DNA from: Chiloscyllium plagiosum
Taxonomy: Eukaryota
Assembly: GCF_004010195.1 (NCBI RefSeq)
Contig: NC_057728.1
Location: 48,990,848-49,026,563 of the forward strand
Direction of reading: 5' to 3'
Length of the DNA: 35,716 nucleotides
Part shown: piece by piece, positions 12,843 to 25,039 of the stretch
Layout: each line of letters starts with the position of its first letter
How positions within the stretch are numbered: the first letter of the stretch is position 1
Notes under the pieces: model-generated
The model's input: only the letters and a program-made list of their open reading frames with translations
The model's database searches: none
Told to the model about the DNA's origin: nothing
Position numbers and translations under genes: made by a program

Positions 12843-13414
12843 TAAATACTTACAAGTTAATTATCAATTTCAAACATACAGAAACCCAAACTTACAATTA
12901 GTGATATTAAATATCCACAATTTATACAATCATCTAAAGCAACAATCAACAACATCAAAGCCAACCTTTCAAAATATAGGACACTAAATTGAAGCATATA
13001 ATTACCATTAACATCAGTTAAATTAACTGAGACTTTTCTGAACTTTCACGGCAAGTTTAGAAAGAAATATAGATATCCCTCCTCCGCATTCCTACATTCA
13101 TCCCTCATAGTAGGCGGATATACAAGATCAATAAAGCAACTCATTCCCTCCTAGAAGAGCAGCACAGCCTAACTAACTCATGAATGCAGAATGGGAAAGC
13201 CATGAGTTACCATCCTTCTATCCTGAAGTACAGACTATAAATCTTGTGCCATGTATTATGATTTATAAATTTAAACCCAATGCTAACTGAACACTTTCTC
13301 TGGATGGATATAAATAAATAAATTGGTAGAGAAGGCTTAGAATCCCAGAAGAAAAACATTGCCTGTTTTAACTCAATGAAATAGGAGATAGCTGTTCCCT
13401 TCTTTGATCAATGC

Positions 13415-13660
13415 TTTGATCAATCAGAGCCAATCTGCCTATTTAAAATTTAAACAAAGCCTGGCAATTAATTGGCAAACATCTTTAACGACTGCATTCT
13501 TCATGACATCATGTTTACCATAAGCAAACTGTCAACCAATCAGCACTCTCATACTGTATATTTGCTGGTTTTCCCCTTAAATTGGTATTGTGAACTGCTC
13601 CAATGAGAAAAGTTGAAGATTTAACGCTTCAACAAAAAGTATCATTTTTCATTAATAATC
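13415..13660 (+). mobile_element. Decayed interspersed repeat, probably a Penelope-like terminal repeat (copy 1)
   Basis: Aligns with 19945-20175: ttaaaatttaaacaaagcctggca / ttaaaatctaaataaagcatggca; cattcttcatgaca / cattctccatgaca; tgtcaaccaatcagcactctc / tgccaaccaatcaatactctc. Confidence 0.6.
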
Positions 13661-14199
13661 AAAACTAAATGTATTTATAGAAAAGCTAATGCCTGAATTA
13701 CTTATTCAATGGCAATTGCAGATACTGTGCAAAACACTAAGTTCTCTAAGAGCAAATCATCCCCAGTTGATCACCACTTCACCTTGCATTAATCAAACGG
13801 AGCTCTACAAACCCATTTAAAACTAGTAGTGTATGATAGTTTGAGCATTCAGAAACTGTAGTAAAGTTGACTGTTTCCAATTCCATTTAGGAAATGAGAG
13901 AGCAATGACTGTGGTTAATTGAATAGATAGAAGAGCAAAAAACAGCCATTAGCAGATCACAGCAGATCAATACTTGTCTCTAACATTAAAATTGATTGAT
14001 GCTTCCTATCTCATCAAATTTGACAAGGAAAAACTCAACCTATGCCATAATATTCGAAGGAGGAATAGGTAAAATCCACTACTAAGTCAATTTTGGATAA
14101 ACATTAGAAATAACTTCACACAAAGAATGATCATACCTCTCCATTGTTTTCAAGATATGGATGCGAAAGTATAAAAATGCATGGCACAATGGGAATACA

Positions 14200-15110
14200 G
14201 TCATAAAGTCACATACGTACAGCACGGAAACAGACCCTTCCGTCCAACTTGTCCATGCCAACTCAATCTAGCCCCACCTGCCAGCACCCGGCCCATATCC
14301 CTCCAAACCCTTCCTATTCATATACCCATCCAAATGCCTCTTAAAAGTTGCAATTGTAACAGCCTCTACCACATCCTCTGGCAGCTCATTCCATACACGT
14401 ACCACCCTCTGAGTGAAACAGTTGCCTCTTATGTCTCTTTTATATCTTTCCCCTCTCACCCTAAACCCATGCCCTCTAGTTCTGAACTCACCACCCCAGG
14501 GAAAAGACCTTTGCTATTTATCCTATCCATGCCACTCATGATTTTATAAACCTCTATAAGGTCACCCTCAGCCTCCGACGCTCCAGGGAAAACAACCCTA
14601 GCCTATTCAACCTCTCCCTATAGCTCAAATCCTCCAACCCTGGCAACATCCTTATAATTGTTTTCTGAACCACTTCAAGTTTCACAACATCTTTCCGATA
14701 GGAAAGAGACCAGAATTGCACACAATATTCCAAAAGTGGCCCAACCAATGTCCTATACAGCAGCACCGTGATCTCCCAACTCCTGTACTCAATACTCTGA
14801 CCAATAAAGGAAAGTATACTGAACACCTTCACTATTCCATCTACCTGCAACTCTACTTTCAAGGACCTATGAACCTGCACTCCACTCTTTGTTCAGCAGC
14901 ACTCGCTAGAACCTTACCATTAAGTGTATAAGTCCTGCTAAATTTGCTTTCCCAAAATGCAGCACCTCACATTTATCTGGATTAAATTCCATCTGCCACT
15001 TCTCAACCCATTGGCCCATCAGATCAAGATCCTGTTGTAATCTGAGGTAACCTTCTTCACTGTCCACTACACCTCCAATTTTGGTGTCATCTACAAACTT
15101 ACTAACTATA
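14200..15110 (-). mobile_element. Comparatively young CR1 LINE, 5'-truncated at the RT
   Basis: ORFs 14554..14880(-) LYRTLVGPLLEYCVQFWS...ERRRLR and 14268..14459(-) FTQRVVRVWNELP. 15075-15105 reversed gives SKFVDDTKIGG. Confidence 0.96.
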
Positions 15111-15329
15111 CTTCAATGCAAGTTTATAATTATTCTGAATGGACAGGCCAAGGTGGATGAAATGGTTGTTTATCATCGGCATATCCTTTTGTGATAAATA
15201 ATAAGACCAGATAGAATTGGTGACCTTGTGTTATTGGTGCCACCCATCAGGTACAATAATATTTAGCAAGATTTCTAAACTGCTACATTTTTTTTTAAAA
15301 ATCAGGTACAGGTTGAATAGTTTTCTGCA

Positions 15330-15825
15330 CTTCTTTAATTCATTGAATTACAAGAATGAACAACTTTGGAGATTATTCACCAGACTGATTCCTGGGACAA
15401 CAGCACTAACTTAAGAAGAAAGATTGGATCAATTAGGACTATATTCACAAGGGTTTAGAAGAGTGAGGGGAGATCTCACAAAAACTTATAAATTCCAACA
15501 GGATTAGATAGGATATTCCTGATGACCTGGCAGGCCAGAAGTCACAGACCAAGGCAGGCCATTTAGATCTGAGATGAGGAGAAATATCTTCAACCAGAGA
15601 GTTGAGAGAATGTGGAATACTTTGCCACAAAGTGGTTGAGGCCAAAATATTGAATGCTTTCGAGGAGCGGGTATAGTTCCTCGGGCTAAAGGGGTCAAAG
15701 GGTATCGGACGAAAGTAGGAAAAGGGTACTGAGTTTGATGATCAGCCTTGACCATATTAAATAGTAGAGCAGGTTCGAAGAGCAAAATGGCCTATATTCC
15801 TGCTCCTATTTTCTATGTCTCTATT
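15330..15825 (+). mobile_element. CR1 LINE 3' fragment
   Basis: tttagaagagtgagggggagatctca...gagatgaggagaaatatcttcaaccagagagttg...tggaat; tail cctgctcctattttctatgtctct. Confidence 0.88.
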
Positions 15826-18304
15826 CAGCCTACGTTTCTATGGCTCAAAAAAAAAATTATGCAGCCGAACATCACTTTCCAACTCTTGGTCCTTGACCTA
15901 GTAAGTTGCAACACTTCAATTGTTGCAAGCTGGTTAGCGAAGTTTTAATGTATCTACTCTTAACTAAATAAACTGTTCAATTATCATGTTGTAACAAGCA
16001 GGGAGTGTCCGATGCTCAAGTCAAGCATGGTAGGAGCTGCCAGCTGTCTCTCCAATTGCACCTCACTCTAAAAAAGAATCTCTGACAACTTTATCCACTT
16101 TTGCTGGGAAGAAAATATACTTTTTATAAAAAGTGAACCTTCAGTAAAGTCAAATGACATGGAAACCGAAGACCAACACATCATACACCATAATTAGTTC
16201 TTAACACTATAATTAAGAACAGATTATTTCAACACAAACGCAACACTTAAATAAGACCTGTAGAGTTAGACTTGGCTTTAACAACTAAAGAAAACCACAT
16301 TGTGACATTATATAAATACTGCTACATAGCATCAATCTAAAATTCTTGAACTTGCAATCACAGCAACAGCTATGCCAGCATCACTGACCTGCAAAGTTTA
16401 TCCATATTCTGTGTTATCAAATTTTAAAGTTGAGAATCTGAGCAATAAGATTCACAGCAAAGCTTTCTCAAGTGCTAGAGTTCCGTAGCTTCCAAGTACT
16501 CCAGGCTACAGCAAGTTAAGACGGCCTTTCAAGCAAGTTAAAGAATGTCCGGAATTCACTGTACCTGGTGCGATATTTTGTTTATGCTATGAACTCGCCC
16601 AGCCAAAGTGCCTCTTTAAAATCAATTCTGGAATTGTTCATACATAAATATATACTTATGTTTGGTTAGCTTGTGCGAGTTATCATTACAGCAGTAACAG
16701 TAACAATCATGGAGAACTTTTAAATTCACATGAGATTAGAGGATTATATTCATGCATACACTTTTGTATATTAACTTTATACTTATGTTAAACCCAAAGC
16801 TTTATCTCTCCTTAAAGAGTTAAATTAAGTTCATAAACACACAAGCCTTTTACTTATTCCTTCCCACTAGCAAGGCTAAATATTTTTCAATACATAAAAG
16901 CTTACATTCTTCTCTAGCTCCTGGGTTACATCCAAATTTTGACATTTTGGAGGACTAGCATTCCAGGGAACCAGCGATGGAAGAATTCAATTGGTTTAAG
17001 CTTGAATGCATCTATAACATCTAATGGCATGCATGACTTTCACTCACCAATACTTAACTGTTCAGTCACTGTAATCGGTACCCTGAGACCAGTGGGACTT
17101 CTTGAAAACTCAACTGAAGTAACTTTCAAATGGTAAAAGTAATTATGATTGTGAGCTTTAAACAATATTATATAAAAATGAGTGAATTAAAACAAATATT
17201 TGCTGCAGTCAAAGCCCATTCATAGGGGACAGTTGGAGTAGGTTACACAAAAATCAGATACGAAAAGAGACAACACAACCACAAAGGATGAATAAAATAA
17301 ACACACACCAAATTTCCTCACAAGCTAGAGGGTTCCTTTATTTTTTAGCTGGAAAGTCATTCACCCCTAAAGAACTGGCAAGTGGAATTTTCCAGTCATG
17401 TCTCAGACTGAGCTAATTTATAAGTTTTCATACGTTCATTAAACCGAATAGACAACCCTCCCAGCAGGAGAGACTTACACTGCTACAATGTGTTTTCAAT
17501 GCACTCATTCCCAAAATGCAGAACCAATTAAGTGTATATATTGCAATGCAAACACAAAAATACTCAACTAACCAACAAAAAACAAATATTTATTAGTAAT
17601 CAGAGTAATTTTCCATAAAACATTAGCTGGTTACTGTACTGTTTAAAATTCTGAAAACACTTAACCACAGTGTTAGACCAATAAGGTCTTGTTTGGCTAA
17701 GAAATGCAAACTGCCAGCATAGAAAATTTGAGGAGAAGGAAAAGACTAGCTGGTCCATCAAGCCTATCCAAAATTGTAATGGCCAGATTATCATAGCTAA
17801 ACACTTCTTCCTCATTTCCTTCCCTTCCATTTTTAGCCTCGATGTAATCTCCAGGGAGAAGGAATAAAGGAAAAGCCAAGGCTTGATAAGAAAAACAGTT
17901 CAAAAATGGTTTCAGTCAGTGAACTTGAGAGTTTAAATTTTGAATCACTGGGTTTGTAGCTTTCATTATTTCACTATTCATCTAACAGTGAAGTTTAACA
18001 AGATTTCCCATCATACAAATACAGATACTAATCTCACTCGAGGTAGTGAATTGCTGTCGAATTTTTCAAGTGCCAAAATTAAAATTACTCTTCCTGTGTC
18101 TTTTTTCTCTCTCTCAATTCAACCTCTCAGTTTTAGTTTTGTACTTGACTTTAATATTGAATTCACCCACTCTATTTCACCTCCTTCGCAGTCCTTTCTC
18201 TGTTGACTTCTCAATCTTTTAATGTCTTTCGTTAAGAAACACTGTTAGTCTCATTCTTCACTAAGATCCTCTTTTACCTTTGCTGTCCTGTTGTCATCTC
18301 ATAC

Positions 18305-18386
18305 CTCCAGCTAACTTATAGTACAAATCAATTTTGAGCTGAAGTGTCCAGGAACAAGTCTGCTTTGCTTCAGAGTCAACTTCAAC
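18305..18386 (-). CDS. Candidate 82-nt internal exon of an unidentified host gene
   Basis: Minus strand: gttaaacttgtttcatttctttcaag|GTTGAAG...GCTGGAG|gtatgag. Only one frame is open (VEVDSEAKQTCSWTLQLKIDLYYKLAG) and it lies in sequence with no recognised repeats. Protein not recognised. Confidence 0.4.
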
Positions 18387-19944
18387 CTTGAAAGAAATGA
18401 AACAAGTTTAACACTTGCATAAAACTGAAACAACTTTGCACCAACACAATATGGTGAGTCAGTAGCTGACAGGGCATGTGGACAAAGAAATAAATCATTG
18501 ATTCTTTTTTAAACTACATTACTGTGTCAGATATTAAACCTGTTGCAATTAAGTCTGCTTAACATTGTGTAAAAGGTATACAGTTTATGAAAAAAACAGA
18601 ACAGAAACTACAGTTCACAGACGAGAGGATGAAACACTTCTACAAGTATAAAATATATCCACTGCAATCTATTTAAAAAGTACTCCTGTAGTACTATCTA
18701 TAAGAAAGGGAAATGTATTAGGTCTCAGTTATATATCATTATATCTTGTAAGAAAAATGCTCATGATGTCATCACGGTAGCGATTTACCTGAGGGTATAA
18801 ATGCCCATCTCAGAATAATTTGATGCCTAACACACAAACAGAAGCACGCTGCTAAGCATAATTTAGACAATTTAATGCTAGTCCAGATATTTAAGTAACA
18901 GTAAAAGGAATGCTTGAACAGAAAACATAGCTGTTAAAAATGTCTGTTGGATTTTTCAATACCATGATATCTATATCCAGTTTCTTATGCTACGTGGGAT
19001 AACATAGGCTTTGCTACATCAGGTAAAACATCCATTTCAAGGCAAAAGTCACATCGTGGTATCAGTGGTGGCCATCTACACAAGACTCCAATAGCAGATA
19101 TTTGGAAACCTAATTGAAGACCAACCACACAACAGAATTGCACAACTGAGAATTCAGACAAAATAACAGTTTCCCAATCTTCAGCAGCATCAGTTCTTCA
19201 GAGTACAGACAGTGTGAGACCCAAAGCTATGCACTGACCACCAAGATGACGCATTAATTTATTGCTGTTTCAAATGAAAGTTCTTTCAAGATACAAATTA
19301 CCACATTTAAGAATACTAAAGTTACAAATATAGCCAAAAGTAAATGCTACAGACCTGTACCGAAGCACAGTACTCTACCTCTCTCACCCTTTTTCAAAAA
19401 ACATGAGAGGCTGATTAACTAATTTCAAAAAAGGCAGTTAGACAGTTCTGAAATCACAGCTCCAAACCACTCCTAGAAAACAATCCAGCGTAAAACCACT
19501 AAAAACATTAGAAAGGCTTACCTGAGCCCACATACCAGCTTATGAATTCAGTGTCAATCTAATGCCAGGTGCGTAGGCCATATGTCCCAAAGATTGGCAC
19601 ATCATATCAAAAGCAAGTCCCTTCATGTTTACAGACCATTATCCTCAGCCCACACTTGCTAAACTCACAAAACTGTGGCCAACAGTAGATGTGATTCTGT
19701 GGTTATACACTATTTCCTGAATATTTTTGCATATGCAAGGAATTATGCTGACAGTCAATTTAAGGATTGTTCATTGACTTGCATTGTGGCACATGTGTGT
19801 GTTGTAGAAGTCATATACATTTACGTAAACAGCCCTGTTCTGAGCACACAGAAAGAGCACGTACATGCACTGCGCCAGTTTCAACTCAACAAGATAGGTG
19901 ATAGCCATTCACGGTTTCATTTCTCAGAAAAAATCTCTGATAAA

Positions 19945-20175
19945 CTAACTGGCTTAAAATCTAAATAAAGCATGGCAGTTCACTCTCAATCATGAATGGA
20001 TTCATTCTCCATGACAATACTTCTATCAGAGTCCACTTGCCAACCAATCAATACTCTCCTCTCATGCAAATAAATGCTGATTTTCCAACTGAACTGCAGG
20101 GGTTATTCTTGCTAACTGCCCTGATGAATGAAAAACAAAATGTTTTGACAAAATGGGCCTTTTTGCCATAATATC
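19945..20175 (+). mobile_element. Decayed interspersed repeat, probably a Penelope-like terminal repeat (copy 2)
   Basis: Homologous to 13415-13660; retains CTGATGA at 20121-20127 near its 3' end. Confidence 0.6.
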
Positions 20176-21879
20176 AGCAAAGCATGGGGCATCAAGTGAC
20201 ACTGGACATACATGTACAGAAAATCTGTTTTCAAAGGGCATACCACAACAAAAGACCAACAAAATGATACGATACAACACTAGCAGCAAGCACTAGGTAA
20301 CACGCAAACACTGAGATTCAGAGTCAAGTAAGGTAGAATCAAATTTCGGAAGATGACAAGCTTTCTCTATTTATTAATCTCATGCAACATGTCAATGGTA
20401 CAAGGTAATCAGAAGCTTTTATAATATTAAATTAGATCTTGAAAAGGCAGAATGACACAGATATACACAAAGCTAAAAGTGACATGGGAACCACTACCAA
20501 CATATTACATTCATGCATTGTGAAAAGCACGTATATCAGCAAGTGACATTCCTTGCAACAGTCTCTGACAGACAATCTCTCATGGATTCCCAATTTTGTG
20601 CATTGGCAGAATCGTGCTGTACTGCCAATATACGAGCTAATCTTCGACAACAATTGAAGCACATTTGGGACAAGCTTGAAGTAGAATTGAACCAGATAAA
20701 TTGAATTAGTATAATTCAGAAGGTCGACCACTGCACAGATGGTGTGGCATTCTGAATAAACATGGCTCCATAAGGAAATGCCTACATAGAATGTAGTCAA
20801 CCTTTCAACTGATCGGTGTCCAAATAAGATACTGGTGTAGGAAGAACTGAATTCTACATTTTCCAGAACAAGATTATTTTCCAAGCCAGGCACAAAGTAT
20901 GGATACTGTTCACTTAACAGAAGAATCCGGAGGGATCACAACATGTAGGTTGCCATTTAGATGAGACTGCTTTTGATTACCAACTGAGCAACAGTTAGCC
21001 AAAACATGTTTAAACAACAGAGATAGGATTCAGTACGCAACTGATTGTATTTACATGGCTGACAATATTGCTATGGGTAAGACACAGGCAGAACATGTCC
21101 ACATTTACTAATGACAGCAGCATGTCAACAAGGATTAACATTAACAGGAGGTGCTAGGTTAATGACAGCCAGATAAACTTGTGCGTCTCTTGGAGTCCAC
21201 CACAATCCAGGTAAGATTGTGGATGTTAAACAAATGCTCACCCCATAGGATGAAGTGGATCTGCAATGTTGTCTCATATTTTTAACATTTCCTTTCTCGA
21301 CATATTCCCAACTTCCCAAAATACCTCCAGAGGTTTGCACAAGCAAGACAATCCTACGTACAGCAATGGCTACCATTATGTTTTCAAATCTCTCAAATAA
21401 ATTCCATCAGCAAAATCTTGTCTACTACAATAATACAAACACAGAAAAGTCATGACACTTGAAGTGGATGCATTGTAAAAAGGCCAAGGCATGTGCCTTT
21501 TACAGGAGAAACCTATTTAGATTTAGATTTCTTGTCACATGTATGTAAAACTACAGTAAAAAGTGTTTTATTGTGTGCAAAATGCAAAGTGTCACCATGC
21601 TCATCTTGAAACAGCAAATATAATGCAAAATTTTACTGCAATTGAGTTAATTTTTCTCTCTTCTTTTTCTTACCCTCCACTGCCCCTCTGTTCGCTGTTT
21701 GACATCAGCTGGGGTCTCGTGTTAAGGGCCTGCCTCCACCATTGGCATAATTCCCACAACTGCCATGTCCAAGCTGGAGCCATAGGCCTGGTCTCGTACC
21801 TCCTGCTCCCCCTCCAATGCTCCTCCAGATGCTGCCAGTGGTCATCGATTGCTGGGGTCCTGGCTCTGGGCTGCCCCAC

Positions 21880-22080
21880 TGCCTACATTGAAGCCTCTGC
21901 GACATCGTGCCAGAGCCAGCCTGCTTTTGGCTTCAAACCCCTGTCATCTGCGCAAGCCAGCTACTCCAATAGAGAGTGCAAGATATTAACTCTTGTTGTC
22001 GGCATTACATGGTTTCACACACACTTATCTGGCAAGAAATTTACCGTTGAAACAGATCATAAACCATTAGAAATGATATG
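21880..22080 (+). mobile_element. Isolated Ty3/Gypsy RNase H fragment
   Basis: ORF 21563..22129 C-terminal part: PAFGFKPLSSAQASYSNRECKILTLVVGITWFHTHLSGKKFTVETDHKPLEMI, matching the Gypsy RNase H pattern (AF.S..L...Q.NYS..ERE.LA.V.G...FH.YL.G..F...TDHKPL). Confidence 0.9.
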
Positions 22081-22844
22081 CTGCAACATCTGTAGCATCT
22101 ACTTTTCAAAGTGCAAGGATTTGAAATGAGCAAGGAAGCGTGATGTTTATATTTGATGCTGAGAAAATTACCCAAACTACACAAAACCAAGATATTCCTC
22201 ATGATTTAAACACTGATGCTTTAAACTATAACAATGACATTTTTAAGGCTGATCTGTTATATTTCCAATAATGGTCTAGCAATTGTAAAATACCACCTGC
22301 GGCACAAAATGTAGTATTCAACGCATAAATTCTGAATGAGAATTGATTTGATAGTATATATCATATGTTACAGTTAGAGGTCTACAGCACAGTCAAGAGT
22401 CCTCAGCCACATCATGTCTGCCATAGTGAAAACCAAGCACCTAACTACCTTTGGAAGTCAAATGTAAACAATCTCATCAAATTATTTAACCGTTTTGAGA
22501 CACTGGACATTTTTTTTCAAAAACAAGGGAGAATGAAAGAGATACATGATGAACAAGTAGGTAGAAAACTACCAAAAATGCATTGGGCCAAGATTGCAAT
22601 TTAGAAATCCAAACACAAGTATTCAGATATCAGCTAAGATTTCAGAGTATGCCAACATCTCACAAAATCATTCCTGATCATGAGGTTACACTGCTAAGGA
22701 ATAAAATTCAGCAAAGAAATCGAACGTCTTTACTCATTCTGGCCTGTAAGAGACTCCAGACTCTCCTACCAACACAGTTGACTCTTAACTGCCCTGAGGT
22801 ATTCTCAAAATGTCAAGAAAAAGCCTTCATCGCAATTGCAACAA

Positions 22845-23005
22845 AATTCTAAAACTACCCCCCCCCAATCTAACAGTAATGTAGATGCACCTACACAACA
22901 TATATCAACACAGATTGTAGAAAGGTGGTTGTATGAAACCTTCAAGGCAACTGGGGATAAACAATAAATTCAGGCCTTGCCAGTGATGTTCAAAACCAAT
23001 TACTG
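22845..23005 (+). mobile_element. Decayed LINE 3' end (CR1-like second family)
   Basis: tcaaggcaactggggataaacaataaattcaggccttgccagtgatg resembles a shark LINE/SINE shared tail; a similar tail occurs at ~29590-29610. Confidence 0.45.
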
Positions 23006-24330
23006 AGTTTGAAAGATTACCCTCTGTAAATAGAGAATTTTAAAAAAAATATCAGTTTCCCCAGTCTCGAGCATTGCTAGCTTCTCCACATCACCATTCC
23101 CAAAGCAATTTTAACTCTTTTACTTGAATAAAATGCTCATGAGAGATTTGCACGATGGTTAATTAATGCACAAATATAACAGCATTTCTGTAACCTCTTG
23201 TGAACGGGATACAGAAGATGAAAAAGGACTTTGAGAAAATAAGAGTATAAACAGTGAAAAAAATGAATTAGGGTCAATACAGCTGACCAAACAATTGCTG
23301 CAATATACTACATTGGCGGCTTGCCAAATTTTTTTCTGTGGTTTTGCTATAAATAAATGGTGTATGAAAAAAAAATTGGACAGGATTCAGTGGGCCAAAG
23401 CAAGCCACGCTTTGGATAATCATTTTATTTCTGCAACATGACAGTAGGTGACTCAAACTAACATTTACTGTCCTTGATAGCCGATCAATAAAACAATGGT
23501 AGTGTGTAAAGCCAAATAATTTTTATATTTGAACACCAAGCAAGAAGCTGCAGATTGCAGAGAGCCATCTTTTAAAATCCAGGAAATTCCATCAAGTGTT
23601 TGCCATTTTCAATCAAGCCTACTGCATCAAAAGCTGCATTTCAAGGCCAGTGTAAGTATGGCATTTTTTTCATAAAGTTTATGCTCAGATAGGACTCACT
23701 ACTGTGCATCATGCAGACTTCACAAAAAGCTGTACTGAGAGTTCATGATCGCTTTACAGAGCCCCCTTCCAACTATTTAACACCATTATTCTCCAAAAAT
23801 AATCTTCAATGAACTGTTTGACCTGTGCTGAGTTGTAACATTTCAGTTCAACTAAAAGTTACCAAACCAAGCCCATCATAAGTCTGATGAGATAAACAGA
23901 CCAAGCACAGAACTAATCAAGCTGTTCAACTATAATTAATTTAATACATTTACAATGGATTTTTTTTCTGGTTTGAGGTCTTAGCTTCTAAAGTTATCAA
24001 TATAGAGTTTGTGGATGAGTGTAACTCAACATCAACATTAAAGTATAAGGGCTGATTAGGCTATTTTTAAAAAGAAAATAGGATTATGTTGCATTAGGGC
24101 CTTCCAAATGAAACCAAATTCCAAAAAGCTCAGTTATATTCTCTAATAAAACCACAGCCTTTAAATAATTTCTGCACAATCTGCAGTTTCCCCATGTTAT
24201 TGATCAAAGGTATTATTCACTCTGGCCATATAGCTCTTAATTTTGGTCTCCAGGTAATTGGAGCTGCTGTTGAGACAATCAGGCATTGTTAACTTCAGGT
24301 TTCGGGGTATGACAGGCTTTCTCCATTGCT

Positions 24331-24535
24331 TTGATTTGGAGATGCCGTGTTGGACTATGGTGTTCAAAGTTAAAAATGATAACACCAGGTTATAGTCCAA
24401 CAGATTTATTTAGAAGCACTAGCTTTCAGAGAGCTGCTTCTTCAGCAACCACCTGATGAAGGAGCAGCGCTCCAAAAGCTAGTGCTTCCAAATAAACCCG
24501 CTGGACTATAATCTGGTATTGTGTGATTTTTAACT
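24331..24535 (-). mobile_element. Short palindromic non-coding Penelope-like element (inverted arms ~24368-24444 and ~24457-24535, plus a ~36-bp one-sided tail)
   Basis: agttaaaaat...accaggttatagtccaacagatttatttagaagcactagcttt is the reverse complement of aaagctagtgcttccaaataaacccgctggactataatctggt...atttttaact. Same termini and tail as 31384-32214. Confidence 0.85.
24450..24484 (+). ncRNA. Minimal type I hammerhead ribozyme motif (one core substitution, G12>A)
   Basis: CAC-CTGATGA-A-GGAGC-AGC-GCTCC-aAAA-GC-TA-GTG: stem I CAC/GTG, intact CUGAUGA, perfect 5-bp stem II, palindromic AGCT stem III, UA cleavage site. Confidence 0.8.
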
Positions 24536-24819
24536 CTATTTCTTTGGATTGCATTGCAACTGTAAAATAAAATTTAAAACGTAAAATCTGAAGCATGACA
24601 GCTCCAGACCTCGAGTTGGAGACACTATTTTAAAATCACACTCCTATAAAATAGTTTACCCAGAAAGTGAATCAGGCTACTGATATAGGATCTTTGAATA
24701 ATTTGAGTTTTATTTTCATGCTTTGGAATTGTGGAATTTTTGAATTGAATGTCTGAAACTGATTTTTTACACAATCTTACTTTTTTTATGAAAGCCGAAT
24801 GTCATTTTTTGTAGGTCTT

Positions 24820-25000
24820 AACCATAGGTTACTCACTTTGAAATCAGAAGGTGGTGGTTTCAAGCAAAATTCAAGATATCTGAACATGAAATTCAGGCTG
24901 ACACTTCAGTCCAATACTAATGGTACGCTACATTGCCAGACATAATGATTTTTGGAGGAATAAATAAGTTAATTAATTAATTCAGAACCCTGCAGCCCAT
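24820..25000 (+). mobile_element. Ancient tRNA-headed SINE (Deu-domain/SacSINE1-like), decayed
   Basis: tcagaaggtggtggtttcaag (tRNA-like head) followed by aattcaggctgacacttcagtccaatact; matches my recollection of the family. Confidence 0.5.
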
Positions 25001-25039
25001 GCAAAACTTCTGGCAATTGTACCCTACACTGAAATAATG

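Noticed and set aside
16070..16900. Possible solo LTR
   Set aside because: No definable termini, TSD or second copy.
18035..18073. gaggtagt resembling a let-7 seed in a weak hairpin
   Set aside because: The rest does not match let-7 and the stem is too short for a pre-miRNA.
19515..19675. Perfect minus-strand donor CAG|gtaagc at ~19521
   Set aside because: With the best upstream acceptor (~19673) all three frames contain stops, and the nearer AG has no good pyrimidine tract. Unsupported as a coding exon.
24331..24535. Interpretation as a DNA-transposon MITE
   Set aside because: The asymmetric one-sided tail and hammerhead cores fit Penelope-like retroelements better; no clear TSD at the arm ends.
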